Notes: a model not told the origin generated them from the letters alone. A stretch of 64,000 bases of DNA from Eledone cirrhosa (GCA_964016885.1 OZ024755.1:7192001-7256000); one strand, 5' to 3'; counted from the first letter of the stretch, positions 1-14,020 are shown. Numbers and translations are program-made.

Positions 1-614
1 GTTAATTAATATAAAATCAGAAAAAAAGGAGAAATGAATTTTAGACTAATCGATAAACTTTATCGATTAGTAGAAGATTGTTCTGTAGTTTATTTTAATG
101 AGTGATAATTTAACGAGGTTGGTGTCGGACTCCACCAAGGGTGGGTGTTGTCATTTCTGTTTATAATCTTCACTGAGATGCACTGGATAGGTTTTCTGCC
201 GAGTGCTGCACATCAGGAATGAAAATCAGTGTTACGCCCTTTCAAGGAATCCTGCACACTGTCCCTCCCCACCCCGTGTGGTTTTGGTTTCTAGGAGTAA
301 ATTATGTAACGGACCTTTCTACTTTTGAAGACATTAGGGTGTAATTTCAAATAAATCTTACTGCTATTTCTAGTATATTGAGCGTTCACCTGTTGGTTCG
401 ATTTCATCTACGTTTTATCTACAGAGGCAGTACGACTGAATAGTTAAGAAGTTCGTTCCCCTATTACAAAGTTCCCCACATGTGTGCTTAGAACGGAACC
501 CTGCTTGTTCTTTCCGCAGTTTTTGACCAATTTCTTGTTGGATCCTTTTCTATAATACAATGCAAAAACTTTTCTTGGTACAGGGGGCCATGAAATTCAT
601 CTTCCGATATTGCA

Positions 615-688
<74 letters not shown>

Positions 689-1270
689 ACCGTGAGAGAG
701 AACGTTGATTTCTTGTATAAACGAAGAAAAGCATATTTTGAATATTTTGAATATATGCCTTCCCCATCCAAACACCTTTATTTTGTCTTAAAATACGTTT
801 TTTCATGAATTCTAAATACAAGTTCTAAAACATTCTAGACAGAAAGTTGTGTTCGTGTGACAGACGGGTGAAAAATGGTGTACACTTATTACATTATAGA
901 TTAGCTTTGAAGGAAAATAGAAAATCTAAAGATCTGAAGAAGCAAAGGATGAAAGAACGACAGAATGGAACGAACGAATGAATGAGAAAAAAAAGCAACA
1001 AACGAAAGTATTAGAATATAAATAAAATGAAATAATGTATGATAAAACCATAAGTAAATAATGTATGGCTGGCTGGATGAATGAATGAAAGAAGAGAATA
1101 AAAAAGAATGAAAGATCTAATAAGCAAACGTAACAAACAAACAACAAAAGTATTTAAAAATCTAAGAAAATATCCGATATTGTTTTCCTCAAGTATATAA
1201 TTGGATTCCTTTCTTCAGGGATCATTTAATAATTCTTCCTTTTTGAAATAGCACTAAAAAAACACCATAA

Positions 1271-1349
<79 letters not shown>

Positions 1350-1412
1350 TATATATATTTATAAGCATATTCCTACACACACACGTTTATATATGTATAT
1401 ACACACACACTC

Positions 1413-1445
<33 letters not shown>

Positions 1446-1688
1446 TATATGTATATATATACATATATGTATATATATATACATATATGCATATATATAT
1501 ATATTTATATACATGTACATATATATACATATATATATGTATGTATATATACATATATATATGTGGGTGTGTATATATATATACATACACACACACATAT
1601 ATATATATGTATAAATACACACACACATATATATATACATACACACACACATATGTATATATATACATACACACATATATATATACAT

Positions 1689-1749
<61 letters not shown>

Positions 1750-1821
1750 GCACCACCCCCATATATATATAAGAGACGTAAAATAAGAAAATTATAAAAT
1801 TAACTTACTTACTAAAATATC

Positions 1822-1904
1822 ACTTCCAACTAATTAGTTTCTGGAATGGAGTAAATATATTTTCCGAAGAATAATATTGAGAAGCATTCCGTCGTCAGGA
1901 AAGT
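1822..1904 (-). ncRNA. Type I hammerhead ribozyme with extended stem II
   Basis: Minus strand: actttc-CTGACGA-c-ggaatg…cattcc-a-GAAAC-taatta-GTT-ggaagt. Stem I actttc/ggaagt, stem II ggaatg/cattcc, palindromic stem III aactaattagtt. Confidence 0.7.
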
Positions 1905-2350
1905 CTATTCTCATGTAAGTTTCCAGGCAAAGCGAGGACACTGGAAACTTATTAAAAAAATAATTCAGTGGATAGGAAATAGCGAAGCGTGGACTGAATT
2001 CCAAGCCATTGAGAAAATCACTGCCTCTACGTCTGTGGCAAATTCAAAAAGAATCGAACACGTGACATCGAGGTCAATCAGTGGAAAGTCGTTTGCTAAT
2101 AAGACAGCGGCCTGCCTACAACCGTAGCAGCAGTGATGGCCAATATTGCTCGACAATTGCAAACCACTTTCCACTGATTGACCTCGATGTCACGTGTTCG
2201 ATTCTTTTTGAATTTGCCACAGACGTAGAGGCAGTAATTTTCTCAATGGCTTGGAATTCAGTCCACGCTTCGCTATTTCCTATCCACTGAATTATTTGTT
2301 TAATAAGTTTCCAGTGTCCTCGCTTTGCCTGGAAACTTACATGAGAATAG

Positions 2351-2433
2351 ACTCTCCTGACGACGGAATGCTTCTCAACATCATTCTTCGGAAAATATAT
2401 TTACTCCATTCCAGAAACTAATTAGTTGGAAGT
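2351..2433 (+). ncRNA. Type I hammerhead ribozyme with extended stem II (mirror copy)
   Basis: actctc-CTGACGA(2357-2363)-cggaatg…cattcc-aGAAAC(2414-2418)taattaGTT-ggaagt; one stem I mismatch relative to the left arm. Confidence 0.65.
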
Positions 2434-2602
2434 GATATTTTAGTAAGTAAGTTAATTTTATAATTTTCTTATTTTACGTCTCTTATATTATTGTTCTGCA
2501 ACCCCATGCATTGAACCACACTGTTATTAAGACAAAACCTATATATTTGCTAGCATTGATATGCATCTGTATGTATATATATGTTACTAGATATGAATTC
2601 TT

Positions 2603-2635
<33 letters not shown>

Positions 2636-2638
2636 ACA

Positions 2639-2718
<80 letters not shown>

Positions 2719-2905
2719 TATGCATATATATATATATATATGTGGCATTTATAAATAAACATTGGAGAGTCGAGTACGTTAAAAGGCTTAGATAATATAG
2801 AAAATCTCAAACTACGAGGCTTCAATCCTTTAGAAATGTTTAATTCCACGATAGTTTGTAACAACCGTGTGTAGGTGACCATTACAACACTCCTATAATC
2901 TTTCA

Positions 2906-2946
2906 TATTCTGAAGATGGCTTCGTGAAAACCCCGAATCGTTAATA
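2906..2946 (+). ncRNA. Degenerate hammerhead relic
   Basis: tatt-CTGAAGA-tggcttcgtgaaaacccc-GAAT-cg-TT-aata. Stem I tatt/aata, but GAAT replaces GAAA. Related sequence at ~32644-32690. Confidence 0.4.
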
Positions 2947-2980
2947 CACGCATGGGATTAAAAACGGTGTTGCATACTTA

Positions 2981-3034
<54 letters not shown>

Positions 3035-3084
3035 CACACATACTACACCCCCACATAACCCCCCCCCCATATATATATACATAT

Positions 3085-3590
3085 ATATATATATAAGTGC
3101 ATTACACTCACATATATATATATATAAGTGCATTACACTCACATATATATATATAAGTGCATTACACTCACACATATATATAGATATATATAAGTGCATT
3201 ACACACACTCACACATATATAAAAATGCATTACACTCACACATATATATAGATATATATAAGTGCATTACACACACACATATATATAAATGCATTACACT
3301 CACACATATATATAGATATATATAAGTGCATTACACACACACATATATATAAATGCATTACACTCACACATATATATAGATATATATAAGTGCATTACAC
3401 ACACACACATATATATAAATGCATTACACTCACAGATATATATAGATATATATAAGTGCATTACACACACACATATATATATATATATAAGTGCATTACA
3501 CACACACACACATATATATAAATGCATTACACTCACACATATATATATAGATATATATAAGTGCATTACGCACACACACACATATATATA
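3085..3590. repeat. ~30-bp minisatellite (tataagtgcattacactcacaca + TA)
   Basis: About 15 repeats of (a/g)tgcattacac separated by (CA)/(TA) runs. Confidence 0.9.
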
Positions 3591-3679
3591 TATATGCACG
3601 TAGGTATAATACAAAGCACTAACATAAAACAAACAAAGACTAAGAATAAATTGCACACAAATAAACATACCTTACGAAA

Positions 3680-3903
3680 TCACCACAATCAGCACCACCA
3701 CCACAACCTCCAGCAATACCACCATCACCACCATCACCACCACCACCATCACCACCATCGCCACCACCACCATCACCAGCAATATCATCACCTCCATCAC
3801 CAGCACCATCACCACCACCACCACCACCACCACCACCACCACCATCACCACCACCATCAGCAGCAATACCATCACCACCACCATTACCAGCAATACCACC
3901 ATC
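3680..3903. repeat. (CAC/CAT/CAG)n trinucleotide low-complexity repeat
   Basis: Direct reading; explains the poly-His and poly-Val ORFs. Confidence 0.9.
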
Positions 3904-4187
3904 GACTCTATTAAGAGCCTTAGAACGTTAGTTACATAAAATATATAGAAATTGTATTTGATCTCCTTTAATAGCTCAGGTTCGCCCCATCCAATTTGTT
4001 GTTTCTAAGAAAATATTCAACACACACACACACACACACAGACACAGACACAGACACAGACACACACACAGACACACACTAGCACACACTCATATACAGA
4101 CACACAGACTAACAAATTCACACTCATAACTCACTATATATATATAACTTCTTTCACACAATACTAGGGTCTAACTTCTTCGTACAC

Positions 4188-4226
<39 letters not shown>

Positions 4227-4380
4227 AGAACAAAGTGTTACACAGGCGCGCGCACACACACACATTTATATAACTTCCTTCCCACAATACTAGTGTATAA
4301 CTTCTTTGTACACATATATTATATATTTTATATATATAAGAACAAAGTAGAGGTGTTACACACACGCGCACACACACACA

Positions 4381-4479
<99 letters not shown>

Positions 4480-4897
4480 CTTCCTTCCCACAATACTAGA
4501 GTCTAACTTCTTCGTACACATATATTATATATTTTATCATATATTTTATTATATATTTTTGTAAGTGTTGAACAAATGAGCGACGATGGTTGCTAGCCAT
4601 TGTACGGCTTAATTCGGGATGTTTGTGTACAAATACACTGAGCATTATAATAAATGATCGGGGAATCCATACGTACATATATATATATGTGTGCATGTAT
4701 GTATATATATATATATATACATACTACTGTACGTCTGTATGCATATATGTATGTACGTGTACATACTTATATTTAAGTAACAGCCGTACTAAGAGTGGGA
4801 AATGAAATTTCGTTTCGTTTTTTCCGTTTATATATATATATAAAATATATAATATATGTGTACGAAGAAGTTAGACTCTAGTATTGAGGGAAGAAAG

Positions 4898-4988
<91 letters not shown>

Positions 4989-5454
4989 TGTGTGTGTGTG
5001 TGCGCACGTGTGTGTGTGTGTAACACCTCTACTTTGTTCTTATTATATATATACATATATATAACCTCCTTCCCACAATACTAGAGTCTAACTTCTTCGT
5101 ACTCATATATTATATATTTTATATATTATATATGTATATATATAAGGGCAGTGGATTGGCAGTATCGGTAAAGGATGGGACGCCATGCTCTGAAGCATAG
5201 AGTTGGGTCCCTTTATGATCTGAGTTCAAATCTCGCCGAGGTTAAATTTGCCTCTCATCCTTACGGGGTCGTTAAAATAAAGTACCAGTAATGTACTGGG
5301 TTATTGCTGGCCTTGTGCCAAAAGTAGAAACAATTATATATTATATATGTATGTATATATAATATATATATATAGAAAATATATAATATATGTGTACGAA
5401 GAAGTTAGACTCTAATATTGTGGGAAGGAAGTTATATATATATATATATCTATA

Positions 5455-5489
<35 letters not shown>

Positions 5490-5647
5490 CACTTCTACTA
5501 TGTTCTTATTATATAAAGTACCAGTAATGCACTGGGTAATTTCTGGGCTTGTGCCTTACGTAGAAACAATTATATATATCCATATATATAACTTCCTTCC
5601 CACAATATTAGAGTCTAACTTCTTCGTACAATTATATATTATATATG

Positions 5648-5695
<48 letters not shown>

Positions 5696-5699
<4 letters not shown>

Positions 5700-5886
5700 T
5701 AAAAAGAAAAGAAAATGCTGACAAATTGTTCCCAGTGAAAAATAGTTTAATTAGGAATAAGTAAAAATTAGTAATAAGTATTGGTTAGTATTCAGCTTTG
5801 GTTTTAATTTTTACCGGTTGCGCATTTCTAATGCTTTTCAAAAATAATTTTGAGATAGAGCGCCCGTGATGTTTGCTCTAATCTAA
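5696..5886 (-). mobile_element. ~190-bp TA-flanked element (family C) with a degenerate U3-A8 hammerhead core
   Basis: Minus strand: attattt-TTGAAAA-gcatt aga aatgc-GCAA-ccg-GTA-aaaatt. Other copies at ~11018, 13182, 17086, 19285, 20692 and inverted at 23871-24062. Confidence 0.55.
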
Positions 5887-5892
5887 TATATA

Positions 5893-5990
<98 letters not shown>

Positions 5991-6106
5991 TCTTTTTGTT
6001 TTCATCTTTGTCTCTCTCAATTTTCACTTTCACCTGTTTTTCCTATCTATCTTTCACTTCCTACCTCGAGATTTCCCTCTGCATTGTTGTGGCTTTCTTA
6101 GATACG

Positions 6107-7130
<1,024 letters not shown>

Positions 7131-7222
7131 TATATATATATATATAAAATATATAATATATGTGTACGAAGAAGTTAGACTCTAGCTTTGAGGGAAGGAA
7201 GTTATATATATATATATATTTG

Positions 7223-7277
<55 letters not shown>

Positions 7278-7457
7278 CACTTCCACTTTGTTATTATTAT
7301 ATATATACATATATAACCTCCTTCCCACAATACTAGAGTCTAACTTCTTCGTACACATATATTATATATTTTATATACATGTATGTACGTATACATACTT
7401 ATATTTAAGTAACAGCCGTACTAAAAGGGAGAAACGAAATTTCGTTTCATTTTTTCT

Positions 7458-7507
<50 letters not shown>

Positions 7508-7553
7508 TAATATGTTTACGAAGAAGTTAGACTCTAGTATTGTGGAAAGGAAG

Positions 7554-7589
<36 letters not shown>

Positions 7590-7937
7590 GTATATGCGTG
7601 TGTGTGCGCGTGTGTGTAACACCTACTTTGTTCTTATTATATATATACATATATATAACCTCCTTCGCACAATACTAGAGTCTAACTTCTTCGTACACAT
7701 ATATTATATATTTTATATATTATATATGTATATATATATAAGGGAAGTATATTGGCAGTATCGGACGCCATGCTTTGAAGCATAGAGTTGCGTACCTTTA
7801 TGATCTGAGTTCAAATCTTGCCGAGGTTAACTTTGCCTTTCATCATTACAGGGTCGATAAAATAAAGTACCAGTAATGTACTGAGTAATTTGCTGGCCTT
7901 CTGCCAAAAGGAGAAACAATTATATATCATATATGTA

Positions 7938-7994
<57 letters not shown>

Positions 7995-8079
7995 AAATAT
8001 ATAATATATGTGTACGAAGAAGTTAGACTCTAGTATTGTGGGAAGGAATTTATATATATATATATGCTTGTGTGTGTGC

Positions 8080-8121
<42 letters not shown>

Positions 8122-8578
8122 CACATCTACTTTGTTCTTATTATATATATACATATATATAACTTCCTTCCCACAATACTAGAGTCTAACTTCTTCGTAC
8201 ACATATATTATATATTTTATCATATATTTTATTATATATTTTTGTCAGTGTTGAACAAATGAGCGACGATGGTTGCTAACCACTGTACGGCTTAATTCGG
8301 GATGTTTGTGTACAAATACACTGAGCATTATAATAAATGCTCGGTGAATCCATACGTACATATATATATATGTGTGCATGTATGTATATATATATATATA
8401 CATACAACTGTACGTCTGTATGCATATATGTATGTACGTGTACATACTTATATTTAAGTAACAGCCGTACTAAGAGTGGGAAATGAAATTTCGTTTCGTT
8501 TTTTCCGTTTATATATATATATAAAATATATAATATATGTGTACGAAGAAGTTAGACTCTAGTATTGAGGGAAGAAAG

Positions 8579-8683
<105 letters not shown>

Positions 8684-9515
8684 TGTGTATGTGTGTGTGC
8701 GCACGTGTGTGTGTGTGTAACACCTCTACTTTGTTCTTATTATATATATACATATATATATAACCTCCTTCCCACAATACTAGAGTCTAACATCTTCGTA
8801 CTCATATATTATATATTTTATATATTATATATTTATATATATAAGGGCAGTGGATTAGCAGTATCGGTAGAGGATGGGACGCCATGCTCTGAAGCATAGA
8901 ATTGCGTCCCTTTATGATCTGAGTTCAAATCTCGCCGAGGTTAAATTTGCCTCTCATCCTTACGGGGTCGTTAAAATAAAATACCAGTAATGTACTGGGT
9001 TATTGCTGGCCTTGTGCCAAAAGTAGAAACAATTATATATTATATATGTATGTATATATAATATATATATATAGAAAATATATAATATATGTGTACGAAG
9101 AAGTTAGACTCTAATATTGAGGGAAGGAAGTTATATATATATATCTATATGCGTGTGTGTGTGTGTGTGTGTAAAACACTTCTACTTTGTTCTTATTATA
9201 TAAAGTACCAGTAATGCACTGGGTAATTTCTGGGCTTGTGCCTTACGTAGAAACAATTATATATATCCATATATATAACTTCCTTCCCACAATATTAGAG
9301 TCTAACTTCTTCGTACAATTATATATTATATATGTAAATATATATATATATATATTGGGATTTAATGCTCTGAAATAGCGATATATATGTGAAGACAAAC
9401 ATAGAATATTCGAAAATATTCTGTATGTTTATAATAAACATTTTGAAGACCCAATCGCTATAGAATAGAATACGTCACGTATTACAATTTGAGATTCTCT
9501 ATAAAAGCAAGGGAA

Positions 9516-9558
9516 GTAATCTACGCGTTTCATTCTTGTTAGAAATCATCAGGATTAC
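9516..9558 (-). ncRNA. Minimal type I hammerhead ribozyme (family A)
   Basis: gtaatc-CTGATGA-t-ttct aaca agaa-t-GAAAC-gc-GTA-gattac. Perfect 6-bp stem I and palindromic stem III acgcgt. Confidence 0.9.
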
Positions 9559-9827
9559 ATATCCAATGCTTTTATCGAGAACGACACAGCTAGAGACTTA
9601 TAGAATACTTAGCTGTGTACATGAACTGGTTTGAAAGAGCGGTAGCCGGTCCGGCAGAAATTAGAATTTGGATTTAATGCTCTGAAATAGCGATATATAT
9701 GTGAAGACAAACATAGAATATTCGAAAATATTCTGTATGTTTATAATAAACATTTTGAAGACCCAATCGCTATAGAATAGAATACGTCACGTATTACAAT
9801 TTGAGATTCTCGATAAAAGCAAGGGAA

Positions 9828-9870
9828 GTAATCTACGCGTTTCATTCTTGTTAGAAATCATCAGGATTAC
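9828..9870 (-). ncRNA. Minimal type I hammerhead ribozyme (family A)
   Basis: Same intact core, +312 bp. Confidence 0.9.
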
Positions 9871-10139
9871 ATATCCAGTGCTTTTATCGAGAACGACACA
9901 GCTAGAGACTTATAGAATACTTAGCTGTGTACATGAACTGGTTTGAAAGAGCGGTAGCCGGTCCGGCAGAAATTAGAATTTGGATTTAATGCTCTGAAAT
10001 AGCGATATATATGTGAAGACAAACATAGAATATTCGAAAATATTCTGTATGTTTATAATAAACATTTTGAAGACCCAATCGCTATAGAATAGAATACGTC
10101 ACGTATTACAATTTGAGATTCTCGATAAAAGCAAGGGAA

Positions 10140-10182
10140 GTAATCTACGCGTTTCATTCTTGTTAGAAATCATCAGGATTAC
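10140..10182 (-). ncRNA. Minimal type I hammerhead ribozyme (family A)
   Basis: Same intact core, +624 bp. Confidence 0.9.
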
Positions 10183-10507
10183 ATATCCAATGCTTTTATC
10201 GAGAACGACACAGCTAGAGACTTATAGAATACTTAGCTGTGTACATGAACTGGTTTGAAAGAGCGGTAGCCGGTCCGGCAGAAATTAGAATTTGGATTTA
10301 ATGCTCTTCAAAATGTTTATTATAAACATACAGAATATTTTCGAATATTCTATGTTTGTCTTCACATATATATCGCTATTTCAGAGCATTAAATCCAAAT
10401 TCTAATTTCTGCCGGACCGGCTACCGCTCTTTCAAACCAGTTCATGTACACAGCTAAGTATTCTATAAGTCTCTAGCTGTGTCGTTCTCGATAAAAGCAT
10501 TGGATAT

Positions 10508-10550
10508 GTAATCCTGATGATTTCTAACAAGAATGAAACGCGTAGTTTAC
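10508..10550 (+). ncRNA. Minimal type I hammerhead (family A; stem I variant gtttac)
   Basis: gtaatcCTGATGAtttctaacaagaatGAAACgcGTAgtttac. Confidence 0.85.
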
Positions 10551-10819
10551 TTCCCTTGCTTTTATTGAGAATCTCAAATTGTAATACGTGACGTATTCTA
10601 TTCTATAGCGATTGGGTCTTCAAAATGTTTATTATAAACATACAGAATATTTTCGAATATTTTATGTTTGTCTTCACATATATATCGCTATTTCAGAGCA
10701 TTAAATCCAAATTCTAATTTCTGCCGGACCGGCTACCGCTCTCTCAAACCAGTTCATGTACACAGCTAAGTATTCTATAAGTCTCTAGCTGTGTCGTTCT
10801 CGATAAAAGCATTGGATAT

Positions 10820-10862
10820 GTAATCCTGATGATTTCTAACAAGAATGAAACGCGTAGATTAC
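10820..10862 (+). ncRNA. Minimal type I hammerhead ribozyme (family A)
   Basis: gtaatcCTGATGAtttctaacaagaatGAAACgcGTAgattac. Stem I extends through ctcgataaaagca/tgcttttatcgag beyond an internal loop. Confidence 0.9.
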
Positions 10863-10984
10863 GTCCCTTGCTTTTATCGAGAATCTCAAATTGTAATACG
10901 TGACGTATTCTATTCTATAGCGATTGGGTCTTCAAAATGTTTATTATAAACATACAGAATATTTTCGAATATTCTATGTTTGTC

Positions 10985-11020
<36 letters not shown>

Positions 11021-11210
11021 TAAAAAGAAAAGAAAATGCTGACAAATTGTTCCCAGTGAAAAATAGTTTAATTAGGAATAAGTAAAAATTAGTAATAAGT
11101 ATTGGTTAGTATTCAGCTCTGGTTTTAATTTTTACCGGTTGCGCATTTCTAATGCTTTTCAAAAATAATTTTGAGATAGAGCGCCCGTGATGTTTGCTCT
11201 AATCTAATAT

Positions 11211-11317
<107 letters not shown>

Positions 11318-11427
11318 TGTTTTCATCTTTGTCTCTCTCAATTTTCACTTTCACCTGTTTTTCCTATCTATCTTTCACTTCCTACCTCGAAATTTCCCTC
11401 TGCATTGTTGTGGCTTTCTTAAAAACG

Positions 11428-11501
<74 letters not shown>

Positions 11502-11506
<5 letters not shown>

Positions 11507-12390
11507 ATGTATACGTACATACATATATATATATATACGGACGTACAGTAGTATGTATATATATATACATACATGCACACATATATATATGTACGTATGG
11601 ATTCACCGAACATTTATTATAATGCTCGGTGTGTTTGTAAACAAACATCCCGAATTAAGACGTACAGTTGCTAGCAAACATCTTTTCTCATTTGTTCAAC
11701 ACTGACAAAGGAACGCTGTACTAGTTTCAAGCTTATTAGCTGTCGTCAGCAACGTATACCTTTCTGCCAGATGATTGAACGTCTGAAAGTATATACTTTC
11801 CTTATGCCTATTAACGGCTGAGCAGCTCAATTTGCATATCGAGTGAGTTAATCGGCTGGGGTACCGAAAAGGATAAACAGAAAAAATGAAACGAAATTTC
11901 ATTTCTCACTCTTAGTACGGCTGTTACTTAAATATAAGTATGTATACGTACATACATATATGTATACAGACGTACAGTAGTATGTATATATATATATACA
12001 TACATGCACACATATATATATCTACGTATGGATTCACTGAACATTTATTATAATGCTCGGTGTGTTTGTAAACAAATATCCCGGATCAAGCCGATAGCTA
12101 GTAAGCTTGAAACTAGTACAGCGTTCCTTTGTCAGTGTTGAACAAATGAGCAACGATTGTTGCTAGCCACTGTACGACTTAATTCGGGATGTTTGTTTAC
12201 AAACACACCGAGCATTATAATAAATGTTCGGTGAATCCATACGTACATATATATATGTGTGCATGTATGTATATATATATATATACTACTGTACGTCTGT
12301 ATGCATATATGTATGTACGTGTACATACTTATATTTAAGTAACAGCCATACTAAGAGTGGGAAATGAAATTTCGTTTCATTTTTTCCTTT
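11502..12390. mobile_element. Family B HHR retroelement, duplicated copy
   Basis: Near-identical to 6207-7130. Confidence 0.8.
11713..11755 (-). ncRNA. Family B minimal hammerhead, intact
   Basis: acgttg-CTGACGA-c-agctaataagct-t-GAAAC-ta-GTA-cagcgt. Confidence 0.85.
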
Positions 12391-12478
12391 TATATATATA
12401 TATATAAAATATATAATATATGTGTACGAAGAAGTTAGACTCTAGTTTTGAGGGAAGGAAGTTATATATATATATTTG

Positions 12479-12515
<37 letters not shown>

Positions 12516-12697
12516 AACACTTCCACTTTGTTATTATTATATATATACATATATAACCTCCTTCCCACAATACTAGAGTCTAACTTCTTCGTACACATAT
12601 ATTATATATTTTATATACATGTATGTACGTATACATACTTATATTTAAGTAACAGCCGTACTAAAAGGGAGAAACGAAATTTCGTTTCATTTTTTCT

Positions 12698-12745
<48 letters not shown>

Positions 12746-12792
12746 TAATATGTTTACGAAGAAGTTAGACTCTAGTATTGTGGAAAGGAAGT

Positions 12793-12823
<31 letters not shown>

Positions 12824-13370
12824 GTATATGCGTGTGTGTGCGCGTGTGTGTAACACCTACTTTGTTCTTATTATAGATATACATATATATAACCTCCTTC
12901 GCACAATACTAGAGTCTAACTTCTTCGTACACATATATTATATATTTTATATATTATATATGTATATATATAAGGGAAGTATATTGGCAGTATCGGACGC
13001 CATGCTTTGAAGCATAGAGTTGCGTACCTTTATGATCTGAGTTCAAATCTTGCCGAGGTTAACTTTGCCTTTCATCCTTACAGGGTCGATAAAATAAAGT
13101 ACCAGTAATGTACTGAGTAATTTGCTGGCCTTCTGCCAAAAGGAGAAACAATTATATATCATATATGTATATATATATATGTTGGTAAAAGGAAAGACAA
13201 TGCTGACAAAATGTTCCCAGTTAAAAATAGTTTAATTAGGAATAAGTAAAAATAAGTAGTAATAAATATTGGTTAGTATTCAGTTTTGGTTTTAAGTTTT
13301 TACCGGTTGCGCATTTGTAATGCTTTTCAAAAATAATTTTGAAATAGAGCGGCAGTGATGTTTGCTCTAA

Positions 13371-13568
<198 letters not shown>

Positions 13569-13569
13569 G

Positions 13570-13605
<36 letters not shown>

Positions 13606-13831
13606 ATATATGTGTACGAAGAAGTTAGATTCTAGTATTGTGGGAAGGAAGTTATATATATATATATATGTATATGCGTGTGTGTGTTCGTGTGTGTGTG
13701 TGTCTGTGTGTGTGTAACACCTCTACTTTGTTCTTATTATATATATACATATATATAACTTCCTTCCCACGATACTAGAGTCTAACTTCTTCGTACACAT
13801 ATATTTTATATATTATATATGTATATATATA

Positions 13832-14020
13832 AGGGCAGTGGATTGGCAGTATCGGTAGAGGATCGGACGCCATGCTCTGAAGCATAGAGTTGCGTCCCTT
13901 TATGATCTGAGTTCAAATCTCGCCGAGGTTAACTTTGCCTCTCATCCTTACGGGGTCGATAAAATAAAGTACCAGTAATGTACTGGTAATTGCTGGCCTT
14001 GTGCTAAAAGTAGAAACAAT
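13832..14020 (+). mobile_element. tRNA-derived SINE (octopod-type), representative of the copies inside the duplication
   Basis: A-box TGGCAGTATCGG, B-box-like GAGTTCAAATC, body GCCTCTCATCCTTACGGGGTCGATAAAATAAAGTACCAG. Also at ~5147, 7741, 8845, 12974, 14912, 19077, 19797, 20475, 21147, 22400 (+) and 21667, 24095 (-). Confidence 0.85.

Larger units (their letters stand above)
1771..2602. mobile_element. Inverted-repeat HHR retroelement (Penelope-like pLTR/retrozyme-type fold-back) in TA tracts
   Basis: Arms 1771-2096 and 2159-2484 are near-perfect reverse complements around a ~62-bp spacer. Each arm carries an HHR. The right arm runs on through a unique tail to (TA)n at ~2602. Confidence 0.75.
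9357..10988. mobile_element. Family A non-LTR retrozyme-like array: 3 x 312-bp units (HHR on minus) joined head-to-head to ~2.2 inverted units
   Basis: ggatttaatgctc starts at 9358, 9670, 9982 and 10294. Inversion at ~10306. One HHR per unit; TA tracts on both flanks. Confidence 0.9.

Noticed and set aside
1965-2290. Two opposite-strand 69-aa ORFs with identical C-termini
   Set aside because: A by-product of the palindrome; no recognisable protein.
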